DNA of 64,000 bases, from assembly GCF_009914755.1 (NCBI RefSeq), contig NC_060925.1. One strand, given 5' to 3'. Within the stretch, counting starts at the first letter, position 1. Each line of letters opens with the position of its first letter. Shown piece after piece: positions 40,801-55,633 of this stretch. Both the position numbers and the translations under genes were made by a program. The notes under the pieces were generated by a model. The model was not told the DNA's origin and made no database searches. It was given only the letters and a program-made list of their open reading frames with translations. The stretch comes from the human T2T-CHM13v2.0 reference genome, Homo sapiens.

Positions 40801-43695
40801 TCATCATCAAATGGAACCGAATGGAATCCTCATTGAATGGAAATGAAAGGGGTCATCATCTAATGGAATCGCATGGAATCATCATCAAATGGAATCGAAT
40901 GGAATCATCATCAAATGGAATCTAATGGAATCATTGAACAGAATTGAATGGAATCGTCATCGAATGAATTGAATGCAATCATCGAATGGTCTCGAATGGA
41001 ATCATCTTCTAATGGAAAGGAATGGAATCATCGCATAGAATCGAATGGAATTATCATCGAATGGAATCGAATGGTATCAACACCAAACGGAAAAAAACGG
41101 AATTATCGAATGGAATCGAAGAGAATCTTCGAACGGACCCGAATGGAATCATCTAATGGAATGGAATGGAATAATCCATGGACTCGAATGCAATCATCAT
41201 CGAATGGAATCGAATGGAATCATCGAATGGACTTGAATGGAATAATCATTGAACGGAATCGATTGGAATCATCATCGGATGGAAACGAATGGAATCATCA
41301 TCGAATGGAAATGAAAGGAGTCATCATCTAATGGAATTGCATGGAATCATCATAAAATGGAATCGAATGGAATCAACATCAAATGGAATCAGATGGAATC
41401 ATTGAACGGAATTGAATGGAATCGTCATCGAATGAATTGACTGCAATCATCCAATGGTCTCGAATGGAATCGTCTTCAAATGGAATGGAATGGAATCATC
41501 GCATAGAATCGAATGGAATTATCATCGAATGGAATCGAATGGAATCAACATCAAACGGAAAAAAACGGAATTATCGAATGGAATCGAAGAGAATCATCGA
41601 ATGGACCCGAATGGAATCATCTAATGGAATGGAATGGAATAATCCATGGACTCGAATGCAATCATCATCGAATGGAATCGAATGGAATCATCGAATGGAC
41701 TCGAATGGAATAATCATTGAACGGAATCGAATGGAATCATCATCGGATGGAAATGAATGGAATCATCATCGAATGGAATCGAATAGAATTATGGAATGAA
41801 ATCCAGTGTGATCATCATCGAATGGACCCGAATGGAATCATCATCCAACGGAAGCTAATGGAATCAACATCGAATGAATCAAATGGAAACACCATCGAAT
41901 TGAAACGAATGGAATTATCATGAAATTGAAATGGATGGACTCATCATCGAATGGATTCGAATGGAATCATCGAATAAAATTGATTGAAATCATCATCGAA
42001 TGGAATCCAATGGTATCATTGAATGGAATCGAATGGAATCATCATCAGATGGAAATGAATGGAATCGTCATAGAATGGAATCGAATGGATTCATTGAATG
42101 GAATCAGATGGAATCATCGAATGGACTGGAATGGAATCATTGAATGGACTCGAAAGGGATCATGATTGAATGGAATTGAATGGAATCATCGAATGGTCTC
42201 GATTGGAATCATTATCAAATGGAATCGAATGGAATCACCGAATAGAATCGAATGGAACAATCATCGAATGGACTCAAATGGAATTATCCTCAAATGGAAT
42301 CGAATGGAATTATCGAATGCAATCGAATGGAATTATCGATTGCAATCGAATAGTATCATCGAATGGACTCGAATGGAATCATCGAATGGAATGGAATGGA
42401 ACAGTCAATGAACTCGAAAGGAATCATCATTGAATGGAATCGAATGGAATCATCGAGTGGAATCGAATGGAATTATGATCAAATGGAATCGAATGTAATC
42501 ATCATCAAATGGAATCAAAAATAACCATCATCAATTGGTATTGAATGGAATTGTCATCAAATGGAATTCAAAGGAATCATCATCAAATGGAACCGAATGG
42601 AATCCTCATTGAATGGAAATGAAAGGGGTCATCATCTAATGGAATCGCATGGAATCATCATCAAATGGAATCGAATGGAATCATCATCAAATGGAATCTA
42701 ATGGAATCATTGAACAGAATTGAATGGAATCGTCATCGAATGAATTGAATGCAATCATCGAATGGTCTCGAATGGAATCATCTTCTAATGGAAAGGAATG
42801 GAATCCTCGCATAGAATCGAATGGAATTATCATCCAGTGGAATCGAATGGTATCAACACCAAACGGAAAAAAACGGAATTATCGAATGGAATCGAAGAGA
42901 ATCTTCGAACGGACCCGAATGGAATCATCTAATGGAATGGAATGGAATAATCCATGGACTCGAATGCAATCATCATCGAATGGAATCGAATGGAATCATC
43001 GAATGGACTCGAATGGAATAATCATTGAACGGAATCGATTGGAATCATCATCGGATGGAAACGAATGGAATCATTATCGAATGAAAATGAAAGGAGTCAT
43101 CATCTAATGGAATTGCATGGAATCATCATAAAATGGAATCGAATGGAATCATATTCAATTGGAATCAAATGGAATCATTGAACGGAATTGAATGGAATTG
43201 TCATCGAATGAATTGACTGCAATCATCCAATGGTCTCGAATGGAATCATCTTCAAATGGAATGGAATGGAATCATCGCATAGAATCGAATGGAATTATCA
43301 TCGAATGGAATCGAATGGAATCAACATCAAACGGAAAAAAACGGAATTATCGAATGGAATCGAAGAGAATCATCGAATGGACCCGAATGGAATCATCTAA
43401 TGGAATGGAATGGAATAATCCATGGACTCGAATGCAATCATCATCGAATGGAATCGAATGGAATCATCGAATGGACTCGAATGGAATAATCATTGAACGG
43501 AATCGAATGGAATCATCATCAGATGGAAATGAATGGAATCATCATCGAATGGAATCGAATAGAATTATGGAATGAAATCCAGTGTGATCATCATCGAATG
43601 GACCCGAATGGAATCATCATCCAACGGAAGCTAATGGAATCAACATCGAATGAATCGAATGGAAACACCATCGAATTGAAACGAATGGAATTATC

Positions 43696-46600
43696 ATGAA
43701 ATTGAAATGGATGGACTCATCATCGAATGGATTCGAATGGAATCATCGAATAAAATTGATTGAAATCATCATCCAATGGAATCGAATGGTATCATTGAAT
43801 GGAATCGAATGGAATCATCATCAGATGGAAATGAATGGAATCGTCATAGAATGGAATCGAATGGATTCATTGAATGGAATCAGATGGAATCATCGAATGG
43901 ACTGGAATGGAATCATTGAATGGACTCGAAAGGGATCATGATTGAATGGAATTGAATGGAATCATCGAATGGTCTCGATTGGAATCATTATCAAATGGAA
44001 TCGAATGGAATCACCGAATAGAATCGAATGGAACAATCATCGAATGGACTCAAATGGAATTATCCTCCAATGGAATCGAATGGAATTATCGAATGCAATC
44101 GAATGGAATTATCGAATGCAATCGAATAGAATCATCGAATGGACTCGAATGGAATCATCGAATGGAATGGAATGGAACAGTCAATGAACTCGAATGGAAT
44201 CATCATTGAATGGAATCGAATGGAATCATCGAGTGGAATCGAATGGAATTATGATCAAATGGAATGGAATGTAATCATCATCAAATGGAATCAAAAATAA
44301 CCATCATCAATTGGTATTGAATGGAATTGTCATCAAATGGAATTCAAAGGAATCATCATCAAATGGAACCGAATGGAATCCTCATTGAATGGAAATGAAA
44401 GGGGTCATCATCTAATGGAATCGCATGGAATCATCATCAAATGGAATCGAATGGAATCATCATCAAATGGAATCTAATGGAATCATTGAACAGAATTGAA
44501 TGGAATCGTCATCGAATGAATTGAATGCAATCATCGAATGGTCTCGAATGGAATCATCTTCTAATGGAAAGGAATGGAATCATCGCATAGAATCGAATGG
44601 AATTATCATCGAATGGAATCGAATGGTATCAACACCAAACGGAAAAAAACGGAATTATCGAATGGAATCGAAGAGAATCTTCGAACGGACCCGAATGGAA
44701 TCATCTAATTGAATGGAATGGAATAATCCATGGACTCGAATGCAATCATCATCGAATGGAATCGAATGGAATCATCGAATGGACTCGAATGGAATAATCA
44801 TTGAACGGAATCGAATGGAATCATCATCGGATGGAAACGAATGGAATCATCATCGAATGGAAATGAAAGGAGTCATCATCTAATGGAATTGCATGGAATC
44901 ATCATAAAATGGAATCGAATGGAATCAACATCAAATGGAATCAAATGGAATCATTGAACGGAATTGAATGGAATCGTCATCGAATGAATTGACTGCAATC
45001 ATCGAATGGTCTCGAATGGAATCATCTTCAAATGGAATGGAATGGAATCATCGCATAGAATCGAATGGAATTATCATCGAATGGAATCGAATGGAATCAA
45101 CATCAAACGGAAAAAAACGGAATTATCGAATGGAATCGAAGAGAATCATCGAATGGACCCGAATGGAATCATCTAATGGAATGGAATGGAATAATCCATG
45201 GACTCGAATGCAATCATCATCGAATGGAATCGAATGGAATCATCGAATGGACTCGAATGGAATAATCATTGAACGGAATCGAATGGAATCATCATCGGAT
45301 GGAAATGAATGGAATCATCATCGAATGGAATCGAATAGAATTATGGAATGAAATCCAGTGTGATCATCATCGAATGGACCCGAATGGAATCATCATCCAA
45401 CGGAAGCTAATGGAATCAACATCGAATGAATCGAATGGAAACACCATCGAATTGAAACGAATGGAATTATCATGAAATTGAAATGGATGGACTCATCATC
45501 GAATGGATTCGAATGGAATCATCGAATAAAATTGATTGAAATCATCATCCAATGGAATCGAATGGTATCATTGAATGGAATCGAATGGAATCATCATCAG
45601 ATGGAAATGAATGGAATCGTCATAGAATGGAATCGAATGGATTCATTGAATGGAATCAGATGGAATCATCGAATGGACTGGAATGGAATCATTGAATGGA
45701 CTCGAAAGGGATCATGATTGAATGGAATTGAATGGAATCATCGAATGGTCTCGATTGGAATCATTATCAAATGGAATCGAATGGAATCACCGAATAGAAT
45801 CGAATGGAACAATCATCGAATGGACTCAAATGGAATTATCCTCCAATGGAATCGAATGGAATTATCGAATGCAATCGAATGGAATTATCGAATGCAATCG
45901 AATAGAATCATCGAATGGACTCGAATGGAATCATCGAATGGAATGGAATGGAACAGTCAATGAACTCGAATGGAATCATCATTGAATGGAATCGAATGGA
46001 ATCATCGAGTGGAATCGAATGGAATTATGATCAAATGGAATGGAATGTAATCATCATCAAATGGAATCAAAAATAACCATCATCAATTGGTATAGAATGG
46101 AATTGTCATCAAATGGAATTCAAAGGAATCATCATCAAATGGAACCGAATGGAATCCTCATTGAATGGAAATGAAAGGGGTCATCATCTAATGGAATCGC
46201 ATGGAATCATCATCAAATGGAATCGAATGGAATCATCATCAAATGGAATCTAATGGAATCATTGAACGGAATTGAATGGAATCGTCATCGAATGAATTGA
46301 CTGCAATCATCCAATGGTGTCGAATGGAATCATCTTCAAATGGAATGGAATGGAATCATCGCATAGAATCGAATGGAATTATCATCGAATGGAATCGAAT
46401 GGAATCAACATCCAACGGAAAAAAACGGAATTATCGAATGGAATCGAAGAGAATCATCGAATGGACCCGAATGGAATCATCTAATGGAATGGAATGGAAT
46501 AATCCATGGACTCGAATGCAATCATCATCGAATGGAATCGAATGGAATCATCGAATGGACTCGAATGGAATAATCATTGAACGGAATCGAATGGAATCAT

Positions 46601-49600
46601 CATCGGATGGAAATGAATGGAATCATCATCGAATGGAATCGAATAGAATTATGGAATGAAATCCAGTGTGATCATCATCAAATGGACCCGAATGGAATCA
46701 TCATCCAACGGAAGCTAATGGAATCAACATCGAATGAATCAAATGGAAACACCATCGAATTGAAACGAATGGAATTATCATGAAATTGAAATGGATGGAC
46801 TCATCATCGAATGGATTCGAATGGAATCATCGAATAAAATTGATTGAAATCATCATCGAATGGAATCGAATGGTATCATTGAATGGAATCGAATGGAATC
46901 ATCATCAGATGGAAATGAATGGAATCGTCATAGAATGGAATCGAATGGATTCATTGAATGGAATCAGATGGAATCATCGAATGGACTGGAATGGAATCAT
47001 TGAATGGACTCGAAAGGGATCATGATTGAATGGAATTGAATGGAATCATCGAATGGTCTCGATTGGAATCATTATCAAATGGAATCGAATGGAATCACCG
47101 AATAGAATCGAATGGAACAATCATCGAATGGACTCAAATGGAATTATCCTCCAATGGAATCGAATGGAATTATCGAATGCAATCGAATGGAATTATCGAA
47201 TGCAATCGAATAGAATCATCGAATGGACTCGAATGGAATCATCGAATGGAATGGAATGGAACAGTCAATGAACTCGAATGGAATCATCATTGAATGGAAT
47301 CGAATGGAATCATCGAGTGGAATCGAATGGAATTATGATCAAATGGAATGGAATGTAATCATCATCAAATGGAATCAAAAATAACCATCATCAATTGGTA
47401 TTGAATGGAATTGTCATCAAATGGAATTCAAAGGAATCATCATCAAATGGAACCGAATGGAATCCTCATTGAATGGAAATGAAAGGGGTCATCATCTAAT
47501 GGAATCGCATGGAATCATCATCAAATGGAATCGAATGGAATCATCATCAAATGGAATCTAATGGAATCATTGAACAGAATTGAATGGAATCGTCATCGAA
47601 TGAATTGAATGCAATCATCGAATGGTCTCGAATGGAATCATCTTCTAATGGAAAGGAATGGAATCATCGCATAGAATCGAATGGAATTATCATCGAATGG
47701 AATCGAATGGTATCAACACCAAACGGAAAAAAACGGAATTATCGAATGGAATCGAAGAGAATCTTCGAACGGACCCGAATGGAATCATCTAATTGAATGG
47801 AATGGAATAATCCATGGACTCGAATGCAATCATCATCGAATGGAATCGAATGGAATCATCGAATGGACTCGAATGGAATAATCATTGAACGGAATCGAAT
47901 GGAATCATCATCGGATGGAAACGAATGGAATCATCATCGAATGGAAATGAAAGGAGTCATCATCTAATGGAATTGCATGGAATCATCATAAAATGGAATC
48001 GAATGGAATCAACATCAAATGGAATCAAATGGAATCATTGAACGGAATTGAATGGAATCGTCATCGAATGAATTGACTGCAATCATCGAATGGTCTCGAA
48101 TGGAATCATCCTCAAATGGAATGGAATGGAATCATCGCATAGAATCGAATGGAATTATCATCGAATGGAATCGAATGGAATCAACATCAAACGGAAAAAA
48201 ACGGAATTATCGAATGGAATCGAAGAGAATCATCGAATGGACCCGAATGGAATCATCTAATGGAATGGAATGGAATAATCCATGGACTCGAATGCAATCA
48301 TCATCGAATGGAATCGAATGGAATCATCGAATGGACTCGAATGGAATAATCATTGAACGGAATCGAATGGAATCATCATCGGATGGAAATGAATGGAATC
48401 ATCATCGAATGGAATCGAATAGAATTATGGAATGAAATCCAGTGTGATCATCATCGAATGGACCCGAATGGAATCATCATCCAACGGAAGCTAATGGAAT
48501 CAACATCGAATGAATCGAATGGAAAAACCATCGAATTGAAACGAATGGAATTATCATGAAATTGAAATGGATGGACTCATCATCGAATGGATTCGAATGG
48601 AATCATCGAATAAAATTGATTGAAATCATCATCCAATGGAATCGAATGGTATCATTGAATGGAATCGAATGGAATCATCATCAGATGGAAATGAATGGAA
48701 TCGTCATAGAATGGAATCGAATGGATTCATTGAATGGAATCAGATGGAATCATCGAATGGACTGGAATGGAATCATTGAATGGACTCGAAAGGGATCATT
48801 ATTGAATGGAATTGAATGGAATCATCGAATGGTCTCGATTGGAATCATTATCAAATGGAATCGAATGGAATCACCGAATAGAATCGAATGGAACAATCAT
48901 CGAATGGACTCAAATGGAATTATCCTCCAATGGAATCGAATGGAATTATCGAATGCAATCGAATGGAATTATCGAATGCAATCGAATAGAATCATCGAAT
49001 GGACTCGAATGGAATCATCGAATGGAATGGAATGGAACAGTCAATGAACTCGAATGGAATCATCATTGAATGGAATCGAATGGAATCATCGAGTGGAATC
49101 GAATGGAATTATGATCAAATGGAATGGAATGTAATCATCATCAAATGGAATCAAAAATAACCATCATCAATTGGTATTGAATGGAATTGTCATCAAATGG
49201 AATTCAAAGGAATCATCATCAAATGGAACCGAATGGAATCCTCATTGAATGGAAATGAAAGGGGTCATCATCTAATGGAATCGCATGGAATCATCATCAA
49301 ATGGAATCGAATGGAATCATCATCAAATGGAATCTAATGGAATCATTGAACAGAATTGAATGGAATCGTCATCGAATGAATTGAATGCAATCATCGAATG
49401 GTCTCGAATGGAATCATCTTCTAATGGAAAGGAATAGAATCATCGCATAGAATCGAATGGAATTATCATCGAATGGAATCGAATGGTATCAACACCAAAC
49501 GGAAAAAAACGGAATTATCGAATGGAATCGAAGAGAATCTTCGAACGGACCCGAATGGAATCATCTAATGGAATGGAATGGAATAATCCATGGACTCGAA

Positions 49601-50331
49601 TGCAATCATCATCGAATGGAATCGAATGGAATCATCGAATGGACTCGAATGGAATAATCATTGAACGGAATCGATTGGAATCATCATCGGATGGAAACGA
49701 ATGGAATCATCATCGAATGGAAATGAAAGGAGTCATCATCTAATGGAATTGCATGGAATCATCATAAAATGGAATCGAATGGAATCAACATCAAATGGAA
49801 TCAAATGGAATCATTGAACGGAATTGAATGGAATCGTCATCGAATGAATTGACTGCAATCATCCAATGGTGTCGAATGGAATCATCTTCAAATGGAATGG
49901 AATGGAATCATCGCATAGAATCGAATGGAATTATCATCGAATGGAATCGAATGGAATCAACATCCAACGGAAAAAAACGGAATTATCGAATGGAATCGAA
50001 GAGAATCATCGAATGGACCCGAATGGAATCATCTAATGGAATGGAATGGAATAATCCATGGACTCGAATGCAATCATCATCGAATGGAATCGAATGGAAT
50101 CATCGAATGGACTCGAATGGAATAATCATTGAACGGAATCGAATGGAATCATCATCGGATGGAAATGAATGGAATCATCATCGAATGGAATCGAATAGAA
50201 TTATGGAATGAAATCCAGTGTGATCATCATCAAATGGACCCGAATGGAATCATCATCCAACGGAAGCTAATGGAATCAACATCGAATGAATCAAATGGAA
50301 ACACCATCGAATTGAAACGAATGGAATTATC
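43696..50331 (+). repeat. Two-unit higher-order repeat: 3,084-bp copy followed by 3,552-bp copy
   Basis: TCTAATTGAA recurs at +3084 (ORF stops 44712/47796). GGTGTCG and CATCAAATGGACCC recur at +3552 (46317/49869, ~46680/~50232). The difference between the two offsets is 468. Confidence 0.75.
45472..46779 (+). repeat. 1,308-bp single-module unit
   Basis: The anchor spacing is 1308. The module-1 allele TCTAAT (~46250) is followed directly by the module-2 allele AACGGA (~46265). Confidence 0.93.
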
Positions 50332-52107
50332 ATGAAATTGAAATGGATGGACTCATCATCGAATGGATTCGAATGGAATCATCGAATAAAATTGATTGAA
50401 ATCATCATCGAATGGAATCGAATGGTATCATTGAATGGAATCGAATGGAATCATCATCAGATGGAAATGAATGGAATCGTCATAGAATGGAATCGAATGG
50501 ATTCATTGAATGGAATCAGATGGAATCATCGAATGGACTGGAATGGAATCATTGAATGGACTCGAAAGGGATCATGATTGAATGGAATTGAATGGAATCA
50601 TCGAATGGTCTCGATTGGAATCATTATCAAATGGAATCGAATGGAATCACCGAATAGAATCGAATGGAACAATCATCGAATGGACTCAAATGGAATTATC
50701 CTCCAATGGAATCGAATGGAATTATCGAATGCAATCGAATGGAATTATCGAATGCAATCGAATAGAATCATCGAATGGACTCGAATGGAATCATCGAATG
50801 GAATGGAATGGAACAGTCAATGAACTCGAATGGAATCATCATTGAATGGAATCGAATGGAATCATCGAGTGGAATCGAATGGAATTATGATCAAATGGAA
50901 TCGAATGTTATCCTCATCAAATGGAATCAAAAATAACCATCATCAATTGGTATTGAATGGAATTGTCATCAAATGGAATTCAAAGGAATCATCATCAAAT
51001 GGAACCGAATGGAATCCTCATTGAATGGAAATGAAAGGGGTCATCATCTAATGGAATCGCATGGAATCATCATCAAATGGAATCGAATGGAATCATCATC
51101 AAATGGAATCTAATGGAATCATTGAACAGAATTGAATGGAATCGTCATCGAATGAATTGAATGCAATCATCGAATGGTCTCGAATGGAATCATCTTCTAA
51201 TGGAAAGGAATGGAATCATCGCATAGAATCGAATGGAATTATCATCGAATGGAATCGAATGGTATCAACACCAAACGGAAAAAAACGGAATTATCGAATG
51301 GAATCGAAGAGAATCTTCGAACGGACCCGAATGGAATCATCTAATGGAATGGAATGGAATAATCCATGGACTCGAATGCAATCATCATCGAATGGAATCG
51401 AATGGAATCATCGAATGGACTCGAATGGAATAATCATTGAACGGAATCGAATGGAATCATCATCGGATGGAAACGAATGGAATCATCATCGAATGGAAAT
51501 GAAAGGAGTCATCATCTAATGGAATTGCATGGAATCATCATAAAATGGAATCGAATGGAATCAACATCAAATGGAATCAAATGGAATCATTGAACGGAAT
51601 TGAATGAAATCGTCATCGAATGAATTGAATGCAATCATCGAATGGTCTCGAATGGAATCATCTTCAAATGGAATGGAATGGAATCATCGCATAGAATCGA
51701 ATGGAATTATCATCGAATGGAATCGAATGGAATCAACATCAAACGGAAAAAAACGGAATTATCGAATGGAATCGAAGAGAATCATCGAATGGACCCGAAT
51801 GGAATCATCTAATGGAATGGAATGGAATAATCCATGGACTCGAATGCAATCATCATCGAATGGAATCGAATGGAATCATCGAATGGACTCGAATGGAATA
51901 ATCATTGAACGGAATCGAATGGAATCATCATCGGATGGAAATGAATGGAATCATCATCGAATGGAATCGAATAGAATTATGGAATGAAATCCAGTGTGAT
52001 CATCATCGAATGGACACGAATGGAATCATCATCCAACGGAAGCTAATGGAATCAACATCGAATGAATCAAATGGAAACACCATCGAATTGAAACGAATGG
52101 AATTATC

Positions 52108-54325
52108 ATGAAATTGAAATGGATGGACTCATCATCAAATGGATTCGAGTGGAATCATCGAATAAAATTGATTGAAATCATCATCGAATGGAATCGAATG
52201 GTATCATTGAATGGAATCGAATGGAATCATCATCAGATGGAAATGAAAGGAATCGTCATAGAATGGAATCGAATGGATTCATTGAATGGAATCAGATGGA
52301 ATCATTGAATGGACTGGAATGGAATCATTGAATGGACACGAAAGGGATCATGATTGAATGGAATTGAATGGAATCATCGAATGGTCTCGATTGGAATCAT
52401 TATCAAATGGAATCGAATTGAATCACCGAATAGAATCGAATGGAACAATCATCTAATGGACTCAAATGGAATTATCCTCAAATGGAATCGAATGGAATTA
52501 TCGAATGCAATCGAATGGAATTATCGAATGCAATCGAAGAGAATCATCGAATGGACTCGAATGGAATCATCGAATGGAATGGAATGGAACAGTCAATGAA
52601 CTCGAATGGAATCATCATTGAATGGAATCGAATGGAATCATCGAGTGGAATCGAATGGAATTATGATCAAATGGAATCGAATGTAATCATCATCAAATGG
52701 AATCAAAAATAACCATCATCAATTGGTATTGAATGGAATTCTCATCAAATGGAATTCAAAGGAATCATCATCAAATGGAACCGAATGGAATCCTCATTGA
52801 ATGGAAATGAAAGGGGTCATCATCTAATGGAATCGCATGGAATCATCAGCAAATGGAATCGAATGGAATCAACATCAAATGGAATCTAATGGAATCATTG
52901 AACGGAATTGAATGGAATCGTCATCGAATGAATTGAATGCAATCATCGAATGGTCTCGAATGGAATCATCTTCAAATGGAATGGAATGGAATCATCGCAT
53001 AGAATCGAATGGAATTATCATCGAATGGAATCGAATGGAATCAACATCAAACGGAAAAAAACGGAATTATCGAATGGAATCGAAGAGAATCTTCGAACGG
53101 ACCCGAATGGAATCATCTAATGGAATGGAATGGAATAATCCATGGACTCGAATGCTATCATCATCGAATGGAATCGAATGGAATCATCGAATGGACTCGA
53201 ATGGAATAATCATTGAATGGAATCGAATGGAATCATCATCGGATGGAAACGAATGGAATCATCATCGAATGGAAATGAAAGGACTCATCATCTAATGGAA
53301 TTGCATGGAATCATCATAAAATGGAATCGAATGGAATCAACATCAAATGGAATCAAATGGAATCATTGAACGGAATTGAATGGAATCGTCATCGAATGAA
53401 TTGAATGCAATCATCGAATGGTCTCGAATGGAATCATCTTCAAATGGAATGGAATGGAATCATCGCATAGAATCGAATGGAATTATCATCGAATGGAATC
53501 GAATGGAATCAACATCAAACGGAAAAAAACGGAATTATCGAATGGAATCGAAGAGAATCATCGAATGGACCCGAATGGAATCATCTAATGGAATGGAATG
53601 GAATAATCCATGGACTCGAATGCAATCATCATCGAATGGAATCGAATGGAATCATCGAATGGACTCGAATGGAATAATCATTGAACGGAAACGAATGGAA
53701 TCATCATCGGATGGAAATGAAAGGAGTCATCATCTAATGGAATTGCATGGAATCATCATAAAATGGAATCGAATGGAATCAACATCAAATGGAATCAAAT
53801 GGAATCATTGAACGGAATTGAATGGAATCGTCATCGAATGAATTGAAAGCAATCATCGAATGGTCTCGAATGGAATCATCTTCAAATGGAATGGAATGGA
53901 ATCATCGCATAGAATCGAATGGAATTATCATCGAATGGAATCGAATGGAATCAACATCAAACGGAATAAAACGGAATTATCAAATGGAATCGAAGAGAAT
54001 CATCGAATGGACCCGAATGGAATCATCTAATGGAATGGAATGGAATAATCCATGGACTCGAATGCAATCATCATCGAATGGAATCGAATGGAATCATCGA
54101 ATGGACTCGAATGGAATAATCATTGAACGGAATCGAATGGAATCATCATCGGATGGAAATGAATGGAATCATCATCGAATGGAATCGAATAGAATTATGG
54201 AATGAAATCCAGTGTGATCATCATCGAATGGACCCGAATGGAATCATCATCCAACGGAAGCTAATGGAATCAACATCGAATGAATCAAATGGAAACACCA
54301 TCGAATTGAAACGAATGGAATTACC
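52108..54325 (+). repeat. 2,218-bp three-module unit
   Basis: Module landmarks lie at 52912, 53380 (+468) and 53822 (+442 = 468-26). The junction TCGGATGGAAATGAAAGGAGTC lies at ~53707-53728. Confidence 0.92.
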
Positions 54326-55633
54326 ATGAAATTGAAATGGATGGACTCATCATCGAATGGATTCGAATGGAATCATCGAATAAAATTGATTGAAATCATC
54401 ATCGAATGGAATCGAATGGTATCATTGAATGGAATCGAATGGAATCATCATCAGATGGAAATGAATGGAATCGTCATAGAATGGAATCGAATGGATTCAT
54501 TGAATGGAATCAGATGGAATCATCGAATGGACTGGAATGGAATCATTGAATGGACTCGAAAGGGATCATGATTGAATGGAATTGAATGGAATCATCGAAT
54601 GGTCTCGATTGGAATCATTATCAAATGGAATCGAATGGAATCACTGAATAGAATCGAATGGAACAATCATCGAATGGACACAAATGGAATTATCCTCAAA
54701 TGGAATCGAATGGAATTATCGAATGCAATCGAATGGAATTATCGAATGCAATCGAATAGAATCATCGAATGGACTCGAATGGAATCATCGAATGGAATGG
54801 AATGGAACAGTCAATGAACTCGAATGGAATCATCATTGAATGGAATCGAATGGAATCATCGAGTGGAATCGAATGTAATCATCATCAAATGGAATCAAAA
54901 ATAACCATCATCAAATGGAATCAAAAATAACCATCATCAATTGGTAGTGAATGGAATTCTCATCAAATGGAATTCAAAGGAATCATCATCAAATGGAACC
55001 GAATGGAATCCTCATTGAATGGAAATGAAAGGGGTTATCATCTAATGGAATCGCATGGAATCATCATAAAATGGAATCGAATGGAATCAACATCAAACGG
55101 AATCAAATGGAATCATTGAACGGAATTGAATGGAATCGTCATCGAATGAATTGAATGCAATCATCGAATGGTCTCGAATGGAATCATCTTCTAATGGAAT
55201 GGAATGGAATCAGCACATAGAATCGAATGGAATTATCATCGAATGGAATCGAATGGAATCAACATCAAACGGAAAAAAACGGAATTATCGAATGCAATCG
55301 AAGAGAATCATCGAATGGACCCGAATGGAATCATCTAATGGAATGGAATGGAATAATCCATGGACTCGAATGCAATCATCATCGAATGGAATCGAATGGA
55401 ATCATCGAATGGACTCGAATGGAATAATCATTGAACGGAATCGAATGGAATCATCATCGGATGGAAACGAATGGAATCATCATCGAATGGAATCAAATAG
55501 AATTATGGAATGAAATCCAGTGTGATCATCATCGAATGGACCCGAATGGAATCATCATCCAACGGAAGCTAATGGAATCAACATCGAATGAATCAAATGG
55601 AAACACCATCGAATTGAAACGAATGGAATTACC
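54326..55633 (+). repeat. 1,308-bp single-module unit
   Basis: The anchor spacing is 1308, with a single module landmark at 55130. Confidence 0.93.
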
